DNA of 64,000 nucleotides from the human T2T-CHM13v2.0 reference genome, Homo sapiens, in the NCBI RefSeq assembly GCF_009914755.1, contig NC_060926.1; one strand, written 5' to 3'. Both the position numbers and the translations under genes were made by a program. Under the pieces are notes generated by a model. The model made no database searches and was not told the DNA's origin. It worked only from the letters and a program-made list of their open reading frames with translations. How positions within the stretch are numbered: position 1 is the stretch's first letter; the number at the start of each line of letters is the position of its first letter. This document shows positions 18,277 to 39,157 of this stretch, one piece after another.

Positions 18277-18406
18277 CTGGCTGACTCCTTCCACTCCATC
18301 TGGTCTCCGTCATGCTGCAGAGTATCCATCTCTGTAAAGAGGGTGGGGTTGGGAGCCTCATCTTCCTCCCCCAGGATGTCCTGGAGCTGCTCAGCAGCTG
18401 GGGACC
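18277..18406 (-). CDS. SLC4A5: SLC4A5 third coding exon (130 nt), (R)[42 protein letters not shown](R)
   Basis: Within ORF 18273..18566; SLC4-family EWKE.ARW motif. Acceptor cttttgcag|GG, donor GCCAG|gtgagg. Confidence 0.96.
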
Positions 18407-19059
18407 CTGCAAAAGAGGGGCAGCAGGTCTGCTGAGTGTCCCATGGAAGGCAGGAGGACCACAAGGCCAACAGAAATGGAGTAGGAGGCAAGCACAAGGG
18501 AAAAGTATTTTCTAATTCTGTAAAACTAAGTCCAGCTCCTGGGTGATGCTGGCCTCCTGTAACCATGAATCAGAGGTGGGCGAGATACTCTTTAAGATAA
18601 AAGAGATGAAAAGATTTAGTCTGCATTCAGATCCAGGGTCTTGCAGCTGGCAGTGAAGAATGATGGGAAATGGTCGAAGCCAGGGCAGTAGCAAGAACCA
18701 GAACTGAAGAGAGAAGTGAGAAGCACTCTGACCCAACTTCAGCTTACCACCCGAGGGGGTTCTTCTTCCCACCGGGCCCCAAGCAAGCCATCCTCCAACA
18801 CTGGTCTTGAAAAGGCAGTCAGCCATGCAAAAGGACAGCTTGCACACCCTTGTACCATGTGGGCCCACTTTCTTCCTGGGCAAGATGGCAGTCCATTTCC
18901 TGAGGCCCCAGCCTGCTTTCCAGCTGCCCATTGGAAGTCACTTCCTGGGTGTCTCCCAGGCACCTCAAAACTCGACATTCCTCTCCCAAACACACTTCAC
19001 CTGTGTTCTTTCTCTCTTTTTCTTTCTTTTCCTTCCTTCCTTCCTTTTCTTCATCTCTC

Positions 19060-22540
<3,481 letters not shown>

Positions 22541-22747
22541 ACCCAGCCACCCCGACCCCAGCCACAGCAGACCACATCCCTGAAGAGGAGGGCATGCTAC
22601 TCCTTGGGCCCCTGTGCCTGCCATTCCCTAAGTCTGGAATCCCCTTTCCCCTTCAAGGCCAGACAAGAAGGCAAATAAATGGACAGGTCCTGGAGAGAGG
22701 AGACAGGCAGAGAGCAGGATGCAAACCAGTTCTGCCTGGGGCATTAC

Positions 22748-23123
22748 CTGCTCCCTGGAACAGCTGAGCGCTGGGGTCCCTGGCTGTCGATGCTGCCTCT
22801 GGCCCCAGCCTGCTTCCGCTGCTGCCTCCCTGGCTGCTACTTCCACAGGTCCTCTTCTTCACACAACAAACTCACTTTTGTTTCCAGTTAAGCACCAGGG
22901 GAGGTGTGGGGAGAGAAGAAGGGGGGTTTGAGGGGAGAAAAAGAGAGAGAGAAAAGGAATGTGTGAAGGACTGGGGAGGTGGAGAGAGAGGCTATATGTA
23001 GAGAGAATATAGGTGTGGTAAGTGTAAGTGTGAGAAAGATTATGCAAAAGTGTTTGAGAGAGAAAAGCTACACTGAGTTAATTAAAGATCTGAGAGAGAG
23101 AGAGACAGAGAGAGAGACAGAGA

Positions 23124-23157
<34 letters not shown>

Positions 23158-23408
23158 GAGCAAGAGAGAGAGAGAAGTGAGAGGGTGAGAGAGAAATCTC
23201 AGGTGCACTAGAGAGAGAAAGGCTCAGTGGCTGCAGCAGAACCTCAAGCAGGAAGCCGGGTCTCCACAGCAGCAGGGGTGGTGGCAGCTGAGGACCTGTG
23301 AGAGGACTGGCAAAACTGCCCCTTTACCCCCTTCCCCATGAGTGCTTCCTATGTGCCTGTGGTCTCTAGGAGAGCCCAGGATCCTCTCTGCAGGCCCCTT
23401 TATAAAGG
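22748..23408 (-). promoter_or_regulatory. Candidate internal promoter / alternative first exon of SLC4A5
   Basis: Palindromic TATA element CCTTTATAAAGG at 23397-23408. Donor GCAG|gtaatg at 22748, in phase 1 relative to an open frame from 22862. Confidence 0.45.
23091..23220. repeat. (GA)n compound microsatellite
   Basis: GA runs interrupted by GACA and GAAGT. Confidence 0.92.
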
Positions 23409-24139
23409 CAGGGGTAGGATGTGCTGTGAGATTCCCCAGGGCCTCCTTAGGAGCCTTGGTGGCAGGTGAGCTGGCTGGAGAGGAACCTAGCAGGGCCCTT
23501 CCTCTCCACCACACAGCCCCAAAGGTGGAGTGGGGTTGCTGGAGGGGAGTGTTTGCTGTGGGGTCTCACACTGACCAAGCAGTGCTCGATAATGTGCTAT
23601 GTAGCTGGTTTCTTTCCTCCCCAACTTTAAACCCAAACTCCTGATACACTTCCTGTTCCTCCACCTCTCAGGCAAAGTGCCAAGTGTCACCACTCGGCAG
23701 GTGTTTTCTGAGAGCCCACGGACAGTGGAAGCTCGTCACTTCAGAGTGTGAGGTAAACTCCACTGGGGAATTATTTTGCTCTTCTGAGAAACTCCTAATC
23801 TCCTGGGTTTGGTTTAACAAGTGCTTACTGAGTACTTAGAATGTGCCAAGGTTGATTGGAGGTCACTGAGTGGTGGCTGCTCCAGGGAGTTACAAACCCT
23901 GAATTCACTAAGTCTTAGAGCTGGGAGGGAGCTTAGTGATGGTCAAGTCCAAACCCTTCATTTCACGGATGAGAAAACCAAGACCCAGTTTACCCCATAG
24001 GCCCCCTAGGCCCCAACACAGGTTAGCAGAGCCTGGGGGAGAACAGACATCTGACATTCTCCCCCTACACTGCCCCATTGAGGCTGGCTCCACTGGTGAC
24101 ATTTTCATACCTGAGGCTCGAGGATCAAGTACGCCCATT

Positions 24140-24273
24140 TTATTATTTTATTTTTAGAGACAGGGTCTTGCTATGTTTTGCAAGGCTGGTTTTGAACTCC
24201 TGTGCTCAGACAATCCTTCCGCCTCAGCCTCCCATAGTGTTGGGATTACAGGTGTGAGCCATCACACGTGGCC
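24140..24273 (-). mobile_element. Alu monomer (FLAM-like)
   Basis: Single left monomer; TSD CAAGTA(C/T)GCCC(A/G)TTTTA. Confidence 0.85.
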
Positions 24274-27184
24274 ACAAGTATGCCCGTTTTAAAGCTGAGA
24301 AAACAGAAGCAGAGGACACCAGGCCCTGCCTGAGGGTCCCAGGCTCTGCAGCTTCCACTGCACTGTGGCTGAGGTTGACCCAGCTCCTTCTGAGTGGCCA
24401 CAGCAGGCCACACCAAGTCAGGCCCTGTGGGTGGCCTCAATACCCAAAAAAAGATGGCCAAGGATCCCAAAAAGACCCTCTTTATTCATGTGGTGTTTTA
24501 AGAGCCCAGACCTGGGCTCAACTCCAGACTCTGCTATTACTAGCAGTAGGATCCTGGCAAGACATCAAGCTCCCACTGAGCCTTAGTTTCCTCATCTATG
24601 AAGCGGTAATAATCACGCCCCCCTCACTGGACTGTGGCAGGGATTCAATGAGATAATACATGTAATGTGACTGGCTGGCACAGCACTCGTGTACACCAGT
24701 CACTCAATAGGTGATATTGCTATTATTGTTGATGCCAGCAGGTGAGATGCTTCCTCTGTTACTACCAGTTACCAGCCTGTTCCCTCTAAACATTCCAAGG
24801 GCCCAATCCTTCTCAGCTTCTAGACTCCATGCTCCTCCCATGCTACCTCTGGCCCTCCATCCCAGGCCCCTACGCTGTCTCTGCCCCTCCCTTCTGCCCA
24901 CAGAAGGTTTAGCTCACCACATGCTGGGCCACTGGGTCAGGGTTTCTCTAATGCCCTGCGGATCCCACATGTGTGCAGCACGTCAGAAGTTAATCCACAT
25001 AATGAGAAATGCCACAGGTAATAGCCCCTCTGTTCTATAGCTAACAGCAAGAGTCACAAAGTGCCAGCCCAACTATAGGAATGGATTCTAACAGCAGTTG
25101 CTGGGAGAAACATAACCTCCATGGGGACCGCTTCAGGAGGCACACTAAAGCCACACAAAGAATCATGCTTTTACTGGGTGGGGACTGACTTAGCACAAAA
25201 TGATCTAGTGGCCTGCAAACTAGCAAGCAGTGTGGACTTCAACTCTTAGTAAAGATCTGGGAGCCATTATGGCCATCTGGAAGTCAACATCAGGACACGA
25301 TCCTGGGGTCCTCAGCTCTGGGCAAGTCCTTTCAGACATTCTCTCTCTCATCGGCTCCCTGATGGGTGGCTACACGGTCAGCTTTGTGAGGTCAGGGCCT
25401 ATCTTGTTCACATCGCACTGCTGGCCCCTGACATGGGTTCACACAGCATGTGTACTCAATGCATATTTGCTGGGTGAATGGATTTGACTGCCTGACACTC
25501 GGGAGTATATTTGCTGAGGCTGGCCTCAGCAAGAGAGGAGCCAAGAACAAGGAAATGGAGCTGAGGGTGAAGCAGAGGGGGCAGGGATGGGGGGATTCGG
25601 GTGACTCCAGGCCACTGACTATTGGGGACTGGGAGAGGGAACCCAAAGGAGCCAAAACCATTCTTGCCAACTGTGTGAAGTAGGTCTTGGAGGCCCTGAG
25701 TCCTAGTTTCATGGGCAATAACATTCTTTTTCTAGAAGGCTGTATACAAACTCCAAGTGTGCCCTCTGAGAGAGGAAGAGGAGAGAATCTGCTGACTTGC
25801 TGTGTTCACGGGAATCCTTCCTGGGGTGGGTGGCTTTGGAATGTCTGCCCAGCCCATGTCCCCTCCTCCCATAAGGATGACCCTGGGCAGCTGTATTTGT
25901 GTGACATGTGACCTGTGCTCCTGGCCACAATGAATTGGAGCAGGAATGGTTCATTGGACACCTGTCCCAAGCCTGTGAATTTTGAATTGGGTCTCTGAGT
26001 TAGCTGGGCCTTTCCTGATGGTTTCTGGGAGACAGAGCTGGTAAATGGAAGAGGCAGAAAGGGCTGGGCTGCAAAGAGAGGAAGCAGCCTAGAGGCGAAG
26101 CTGTGGGAAAGGGCTGTGTACACCCAGAGAGGGGGCTGAGAAGGCACTGCGCTCACCCACTTGAGCCCGGCTCTTCGTTTTGCTTTGGGACTGTGAGAAA
26201 CTCCTTTGTTCTTGTAATATAAACAATCTCTCCCCACACCCCTTCTCTCTCTGCTTCCCCAAGCCAGTTCAAATAGGTTTCTGGCATTGTGATAAAATTA
26301 CCTTCTTAATCATGAGTCCCCTTTGTATGAAATTCTAGAGTGTGGAGATTTTTTTCTGAGTACCTTCTTGAAAACCATAAGTGTAAAGGTTATAAAAGAA
26401 TGTTGAGTCACTGTCATAAGAATAGTTAGATTAAGCCTAGTCATGTGAAAAGTAAAAGAGCGGGGAGTAAAAAAAGGCAGGGCAGGCCTAAAGAAAGAAA
26501 GAGAGGCAAAGGAAACACTCCGTGACCTTGGATAAGGGAGGAAGCTCAGCTGGGTCAGAGGGGCTGGCAGAGCCTGGCATGTGCATGGCCAGCCCCCCAA
26601 AAGTGCTTGTGGATGGAGCCAAGGCTGGAGAAGGCCTAAGTATGTTGGGGGTCAGGGGAGACTCAGTCAAGGCTAGCTGAGAAATTCAGGTAAGAGATCC
26701 CTCCGTCTTTCCCATCTGAGTTCCCTACGCCACTCTGGACCTACCAGGCCTGGGAAGGGCAACAACCTCAGTGTGAAATCAGAAAGGCCCCGAGCATTAT
26801 AAGACCCAACAGCAAAAAGAGAACAACGACATCCATCTCATTGGCGCACAAGGGAAGGAGAATCAGACGTTTCTGGAAAACCAAAAGGGTAAAAGGCAAT
26901 TATTACTCATGATTTAAGATTTAAAAATGTCACCAAGAGTCTTCAATTTGCATGTTGTCCTTATTGTTCTGTTTTGGTAGATATAAATGCAGTATAATGA
27001 AGAAGCTGTCATTTAAAATCAAACTGAACAGTTGCTCTGCTTTTTCCTTCCAAGCCAAGAGGGGTATGGAGCCTAATGATATCAGTAGGAAGTTGAATCT
27101 TGATCCCGCTTCTTTCATCTGACAGAGGCCAGTGGGGACGGAGAAAGGAGAGAAGAAAATTTAAAGGCCTCTCAGTTTTTTGGA

Positions 27185-27505
<321 letters not shown>

Positions 27506-27827
27506 TAGACTGATAGATGGTCTTTGTGTTTAGTTCAACACATTATGAGTCCAGTTGGGTGAAAATGGGCTCTGAGCTAAGGTGAGAGAGACCGAGGTAA
27601 ATCATATGACAGGTAAAGTGAGTGGAGTGAGTGTGTGTGTGTTGGAGAGGGGGCGCTGAGGAGAGGGGGCTCAGAAACCGAGAAGCAAGGAGATACGAGG
27701 AGACTCAGGAGGGCAGTGATGGGGGGTGGGAGTTGCCAAAAATATGGTAGGAAGGTGAAACTACAGAGGAAGGTGGCCAAGGGGAAACCTTCAGTGGCCA
27801 GAGGATTTTTAAGAACAGGGATATCTA

Positions 27828-28481
<654 letters not shown>

Positions 28482-28984
28482 CTATTTTAGTTAACCACAT
28501 CGAATAAGGTTATAAAAACTTTATATTAGGATTTTCATTGGTTCACTTGCAAATTCAGGCTCTCAACCCATTTCCCCTTAAGGTCTTAAGGTCACTAACT
28601 CAAGATTCTCTCCTGGTAGGGTTTTTTGCTTGAGTTTTGTTTTTGTTTTTTAGGAGAACAGCCCTCTTGGCTAGGGAGGGAATGCAGTATATGTTGAAAA
28701 TTCGGGGCGATCTTGGTTTTAAGGTGTTAAAGGGCAAGAAGAGAGTGGTGTAGAAACAGACTTCCTTGAGGTAATTTTAATTTGTCTTCCTTCCCCAGCC
28801 CCAGGGTTGGGGGGAGCATAAAAGGTCTAGAATGATCTTTATCCTTTCTCCTTTTTCTTCCTCCTTTTCTCTTTTCTCACTTCTCCCCTCTTCACCACTT
28901 CCTTCAAGATCCAAATTAAGTAGACAAAGGTGAGGAAGCCACCCCAATTTTAAAGTTTCAAACCCTAAAAGAAAGCCAATTGTC

Positions 28985-29310
28985 GGCCAGGCACTGTGGC
29001 TCACGTCTGTAATCCTAGCACTTTGGGAGGCCGAGGCAGGTGGATCACTTGAGTCACTTGAGGTCAGGAGTTTGAAACCAGCCTGGCCAACATGGTGAAA
29101 CCCGTCTCTACTAAAAATACAAAAAAAAAAAAAAAAAAAAAAATTAGCTAGGTGTGGTGGCACATGCCTGTAATCCCAGCTACTCAGGAGGCTGAGGCAG
29201 GAGAATTGCTTGAACCTGGAGCGGAGGTTGTAGTGAGCCGAGATCGTGCCACTGCCCTCCAGCTTGGGTGACGGAGCAAGACTCTGTCTCAAAAAAAAAA
29301 AAAAAAAAAA
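28985..29310 (+). mobile_element. AluS with 9-bp internal duplication (TCACTTGAG x2) and long linker A-run
   Basis: TSD AAAAGAAAGCCA(A/G)TTGTC. Confidence 0.93.
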
Positions 29311-29839
29311 AGAAAGCCAGTTGTCTTTGCTCCCATGTTTGAAACGTGGCCTGCCTCAGGGACTCCTTAGTGCAGGAGATGTTTTAGAGATAAACTTATT
29401 TTCTATCCTAACCCTTGGCTCCTTTCTTATCAGAAAAGAAAGACAACATGAAACATGTCTTTGGTCCTAAGGCTTTGGAACCTTGTGAGGTTCCAGTGTC
29501 TTAATAGAAAGCCTTTCTCTCCTTTACTTCTCATCTTAGGGTAATTTTGATCTTTTGGTGATCCCAGCGCTGCTCAATACCTGGCAAATAGATGAAGGCT
29601 TGAATATTTTTCACACTCCTTCCATCAGAAGGATCTCATAAGCTTCTCAGTACCAACGAGGGCAGCCAAATCAAACAAATGCCCACTTTAGAGGAAAAAG
29701 ATTTGGGCGTGGTGCTCTTAAATTGGTTTAATGTGTATAAAGTGAACCAACTATATGTTAAGTGCCTACCATGCACCATGCACCATGTGAGGTATCTAAT
29801 ATCTATTTATCTCTCATTTAACAACTCGTAGCAATCTGG

Positions 29840-29954
29840 CATGAACAACCATGCAGTTTGCCTAGGACCGATCTGGTTTTAGCACTGAAAGTCCTTCCTC
29901 CCTCATCCTGGGACAAGTCTCAGTCCTGGGCAGACCGAAACAATTGGCCACCCT
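29840..29954. mobile_element. MER81-type palindromic hAT MITE inside a MIR
   Basis: ...gtttgcctaggacc...ggttttagcactgaaagtcc...gtcctgggcagacc...ttggccaccct. Confidence 0.7.
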
Positions 29955-30660
29955 GCAACAATCTTTCACTCTCCAGATGAGAATACTGAGACTCCAGGGT
30001 CTACACACCCCAGTTGGGCTTGACTGACCTTGTTTCTCTTAAACTGGCTCCAGTTCTTATTAGCAGCCTAGAAAAGTGGAAGTGCAACCACATTTCTAAA
30101 GCTGCTTCTAATCCTCTTTCTCCTAATGGCCTCTCAAGAGGTTTTCACAGCCAGAAAACACATTTTTTCCCCCCAGGGTAGAAACCCTGGCTCCTACTGA
30201 CTTTCACCACAGCTTGATGATTCTATTCATCATATGAGTTCTGCTTCAGTCAAAATTGATTGGCTACTAAGTATTGACTTCCTAAATTATTAATATATTC
30301 ACATTGGGGGAAGGTGTGGTAAGGAGGGAGAGAGAGAAAATAAATAAACCAACTGCTATGGCCTATTATTTCCTACCTATCTATTCCTTTCAACATGAGG
30401 CAATTTGGCTACTTGAAAGGACATCATTATCAGCCAGGGTCCAATATGGTGACTGACCAATGACATCTTATAAAGGAAAGCAATGTAGTGAAAGGGCAAG
30501 CACAGTCTTTGGAGTCAATAGATCTGTTTTTATTTCCCACATTCACTGATTAACATCTGCATTATGCTACATCTCTTTGAATCTTAGTTTCACAATCTGA
30601 AGATGGGGATAATAATATCTCCCTTTTACTGTTGGTGTGAGGATTAATTGAGAAGATGTA

Positions 30661-33000
<2,340 letters not shown>

Positions 33001-34562
33001 AATGTATGAATTTCCTTTTCCTTAATTCTCCCAGCTGCCTTTTCTAGCTAATTTTTACCTATCATTTAAGACTCATGACAGGTGTCACCTGCTCCAGGAA
33101 GCCTGTGCTGCCCCCTCTGCCACCACTCACCACCTAGGCCTATGTGCTCCTGTTTCTCCTCCTATAGTTTCCTGTGCAGACCTCCATCAACGCACCTCCC
33201 ACCAATTTATGCTTATCTGTTTGTGGGTCTGTCATCTCCAGGTGCAAGATATTTTCTCCAAGGAGCTCTGACATGATCCAGAGAGCAACTTTGCAGCAAG
33301 GGGCTGCTTTCCATGTAGCGCATGGAGCCAGTACAAGAAGGACAAGGATGCCTGGGCTGGCCTCTTTCCTGCCCCTGACCTGCTGTGGGAATGAGGACCA
33401 GCAGCTACTTGGGCCTCAACTAGAGTTAAAGCAGGGACTTCACAGGGTTCTGTAAGCTAAATGTGGTTCAAGGAAGCATCAAATTTCTTTAGGATAGTGT
33501 ATTTTTTAACCAGGTACACTGGAACTTAATAGAAAAGTACAGACACCCAAGCCCCATTCACATCTAACACGTCAGGCAGCTGGATTGTGTATTTCAAAAC
33601 TGTCCTGGAGGTTAGGAACCTTGCAGCATATATTAAAGCCACCCTCGTGGGTCTCTGTGGAAGGAATAAAAGTCAGCTACCTGGCCTTTGTTTCAACTTT
33701 ATAGTTATGATTATTAATATTATACATTTAGTTAAAAATGATATTGAACTATCATTCTCAGGGGGCTTTCACAGGTACCAAGCCCCTTCACATATACTGT
33801 CTTATTGGATCTTTGCCATTATTCTGTAAGGCAGGAACTGAAGGGGTCTCTGCTCAATCCTCCATCTGCATAGTGTGCCTGACCCTCAGGCCCAGACACA
33901 TCTAGCCACCCTGCCTGGCCCAGGCCCCTCATACTCTGCAGGATGCCCCTGTTCTCTGAAGTGGGAGTTCCTGCTGGGCTATGCAGCCAGACCAGCTGGG
34001 CCCCCTGCCTAGGTGTCTGGATGGATTTACAGAACAGACAGGACACTCAGAGAGGAAAAACATATGTGGTCAGGTGTCCTACAGCAAAGAGAAGTGGGAG
34101 ATTCAGACAATTATCCAGATGAGGCAGGTAAAATGATTCTGGCGCTGTTTTATTTTGACTTCTGCAGGGCATTGGCACTATCCCTGAGATGTGGCAAGAG
34201 CAAGGTTTATATCTGTATCACACATACAATGCCCATTTTGCTTAGAAGTGAAAGACTGAGGGTTGAGACTTCCACTCCGTGAAGAACAGCAGAAACCAAC
34301 TCAATGCCCATGGGCTGCAGAAAAATCACTGTGGTTGGTGACTTTGTTACCAGGCTTTGTGGCTTCCTTAAACCGGAGTGTCTGGAACTGGGGTCTGGAA
34401 TGTATTCTCAGGGGTAGAAAGGTTTTACTTGAACTTTTAAATTTTGCTTCCATTTTGATAATCTTAAAAATATTCCTTTTATTAGATGGAACAGCAAAAT
34501 TTGGGTTATAATTCATAATTGGAAGATATTTTTATGGAATAAAACCCTAATTAGTTAGATTA

Positions 34563-35255
<693 letters not shown>

Positions 35256-35521
35256 CTATGTCACCTCTTCTAAACTCTTTGAGCAGAGGGCACCAAATCT
35301 AAACTGCTTTCTTCTTCTCTGGCTCAGGAAGGACCCAGCAGACTCCACCTTCCAAGGACGACCTCAATCCTGAATGTAGGAGAGGTGGTGAGGTGACAGG
35401 GGAACATCTCAGAGACCATGTCAGTATGTGTGAGGCATCCAGAACCCACACGGGGGCAAGAGGTCTTCCCAGCAGGCTTGCTTTCCTCTTGGTCTCTGAT
35501 GTTCCCACTCCTGAGCAGGAC

Positions 35522-35643
35522 TGTGTGTGTGTGTGTGTGTGTGTGTGTGCATGTGGAAGTGTTTTTTTGTGTGTGTGTGGTGTGTGTCTGTGTATGCCTG
35601 TGCATGTGGTGTGTGTGTGCGTGTGTGTGTGTGTGTGTGTTGT
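35522..35643. repeat. Compound (TG)n microsatellite
   Basis: Interrupted TG runs over about 120 bp. Confidence 0.92.
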
Positions 35644-36313
35644 ATTTTAACTATAGCCCATCTCTTACACTGGACTCCTCCAAAGGATTTACCATTACCC
35701 CATCTCCTACAAAGGCACATTTACTCTGTAAAAGCCACAGGCCCTGGTCAACCTAATGCCAATGATGGGGGTTGTAGAGGGCTCTGCAGGGTTGGGGGTA
35801 GCTCCCATGGCCTGTGAGAGCAGGTGCATCAGGTCTCCTGCCAGGATACTAAGATGCAGTCACTGCCTCTGACACTCCTTGGAAGGTATAGATGGTATAA
35901 TAAACCAACTTTTCCACACTCAAGACAGTGAGCTATATATAGTAGAAACCAAATTCATACTGTTTATTAGGCAGGTTTGGGATATGCTGAGAGTGAAATC
36001 ACGTCCCCAGAAACATCAGTAAAGTCACAGTAAAATGTCACATTTGTGCTCTAAGGATTCCAGTCCTTTTTACTCCTCTTAAGATTGATCATTTTCTTTC
36101 CATAGGAAAGAGCAAAAGACTGATTTTTAATTAGCCCAGAACTATTTTCTGAAGGAGCAGAGGAAGGCCTGGGGGCTTTGTTGTCCTGGAAGAAAGCTTC
36201 CTAGGTGTCTTGCAAGCTACCGTGCAGGGTGACTACACAATTCTGTACCAGGTCTTTCAGCTCCAGTGAGGAGAGAGGGTGGAGCTAATGTAACAAGAAC
36301 TTCAATTTACTGA

Positions 36314-36650
<337 letters not shown>

Positions 36651-36990
36651 GCATGTCCATTATTGGTTCTTAGGGCAATGACCGTATGGTCCTTGGAATT
36701 TGGAAATGAGGGAAATAATTCTGAGAATCAAACCATGAAATCAACATAGAATGGATCAGAGTCGAGGTCTCAAAGTCCCCAGAGAAAGACAGGGCGTCAG
36801 TCTGACCAAAAGTGTCAGTGAGCAGGAAGGTTGGCCAACAATGGAAGCAGAGCAGAGGGGGCCAGAGAGGTTAGGCTGAGCCATGTGGAGCGTTACCCAC
36901 ATTCTCCAGAAAATCCCCCCTGCCCTGCTGGGTCCCATCTGGACACACCAGCAGGATGGCTCCCCAGAATGTACCCCTCAAGGAACTCAC

Positions 36991-37182
36991 GAGTCCTGCT
37001 GATAAGATCCATGCTGCTGTCCTGGCTGCTTGCCCCACTCCCTGGGCCAGTCAGTTCCTGCTGTGGCTGGTCTGGCCGCAGGCCCCAGTGGACTTTTTGC
37101 AGGCCTGAAAGATGTCCCTTCTGGTCAGTTTTTCTTTGAGGGTAAGTGGGTACTGGAAGCCCAATGTGGATAGGAGGGCATT
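36991..37182 (-). CDS. SLC4A5: SLC4A5 second coding exon (192 nt), [64 protein letters not shown](R)
   Basis: Within ORF 36893..37363. Acceptor gtccacag|AA, donor ACTC|gtgagt; phase 1/1 joins give E and R codons correctly. Confidence 0.95.
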
Positions 37183-38113
37183 CTGTGGACACGGCACAAA
37201 AGACAGGGGAGGCAGGGTTACTGAAAATTGGCATTTTTTCATAATATTCATCAGTTACAAAGAGATTGGGCTGCAGAAGCAAAATGGAAGACATGGAGTG
37301 CCAGGATGGGGTCATTGCCCTGAGGCTTGGGTTTGACCAAGTTCCATTAATGAACCAAATCAACAGTTGCTGGAGGGAATACCCTCAGTGCTATAATTAG
37401 AATTCTGTTAGAATGAGCAGAACTCCCATTCCCCCGTTCTTGCTTGTCCGGAACAGTGATTACTGGATATGGCTTATGACACGTGGTTAAGGGGAAAGTC
37501 CCTCAGTGGGTCACAGATGTAGTTCAAAATGCCAAGTGCCCTCTTTGATTGTTATGAGAAAGTCATATGCATTTCTACTGAGAGCCATTTTTACTAACAA
37601 TCAAGGACTACATAGACTACTTATCAGAAAAGTGAGTTATTGAGGGTTTCACAAAGCTGGCTTTGTAAACTAAAATTTCTAAGAACTAAAGTTACCAAGA
37701 GCCCTAATTCAGAATCCCACTAATAAGCCTGATTACTATTGAAACCCAGGGTAATGGGCAAAGCACACAGAGGTAGCTGGAATTCCCTCACCTCTCAGAT
37801 AGGACATTGCTATCAGTTTAACATCAGTGTTGTCTTAAGTCAACAATTTTTAAAATAATTAATAGATTTTTAGGACAGTTTAAGATTTACAGAATTATTG
37901 AGCAGACAGCACACAGAGTTCAATATACCTACCTCGACCCTAACCCTACCTCTGCCCCTACAGCTTTCCCTATTATTAACATCTTACATTAGTGTGGTGC
38001 ATTTGTTATAATTAATGAGCCAATACTGACACATTATTATTAACTATATAGTTTACATTAAAGTTTACTCTTCTATTGTATAGATACTTCTATGGGTTTT
38101 GACAAATGCATAA

Positions 38114-38431
<318 letters not shown>

Positions 38432-38590
38432 TAGCCAGGCTGGTCTCGAACTCCTGACCTTGTGATCCACCCGCCTTGGCCTCCCAAAGTGCCGGTATTA
38501 TAGGCGTGAGCCACCGTGCCTGGCTCCAACCCCCTTTTTACTTACTATCTCTACAATTTTGCCTTTTCCAAAATATCACAGAGTTGGAAT

Positions 38591-39055
38591 TGACAGAGCA
38601 GGAGCATTGCCATCTTGTTGGACAAGCACTGCCATTCTAAAGTTCACCTTGATCAAAAACCACCTAAATCCAAAGGGCATCAGCCTAATGGCTAAGGTGA
38701 GCATGACCATAAGCCACAAATAACATCTCCAACTAGAAACATTCAAAACCCCTCCCTGACCAGAGACATGCCAGCCCTGAGATAACCTCCCCTCTGGCCA
38801 GAGAGATGTTAGCCCCAGGATAACTGCCTCTCTGACCAGAGACATTCCAACACCACCAAAACTTCTTCCCCAAACAGAAACATTCCAAGCTTGTGGTAAG
38901 TTCTCTTACCCTAAAATAAATAGTCTTAGTCTGTAAGAGAGAGCGCTTCTGACCCAAATCGGCCAGAAACCCCTCTCAGGTTTATTCTCCAAAGTAAAAC
39001 TGTCTTTGACTGCTGAGCCACTTTTCGTGTTTCTTTCCTTTCTTTCACTCTTACA
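38591..39055 (+). mobile_element. ERV1 solo LTR (LTR15-like)
   Basis: TGACAGAGCAGGAGC...CTCTTACA termini with exact 5-bp TSD GGAAT (38586-38590, 39056-39060). Confidence 0.8.
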
Positions 39056-39157
39056 GGAATCATATATTATGAAGCCTTTTCATATTGGCTCTTTCAACTA
39101 GCAATATACATTTAAGCTTCCTCCATGTGTTTTCAAGGTTTGATAGTTCATTTCTTT

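Noticed and set aside
35324-35817. Val/Cys- and His/Thr-rich ORFs
   Set aside because: Translations of the (TG)n microsatellite.
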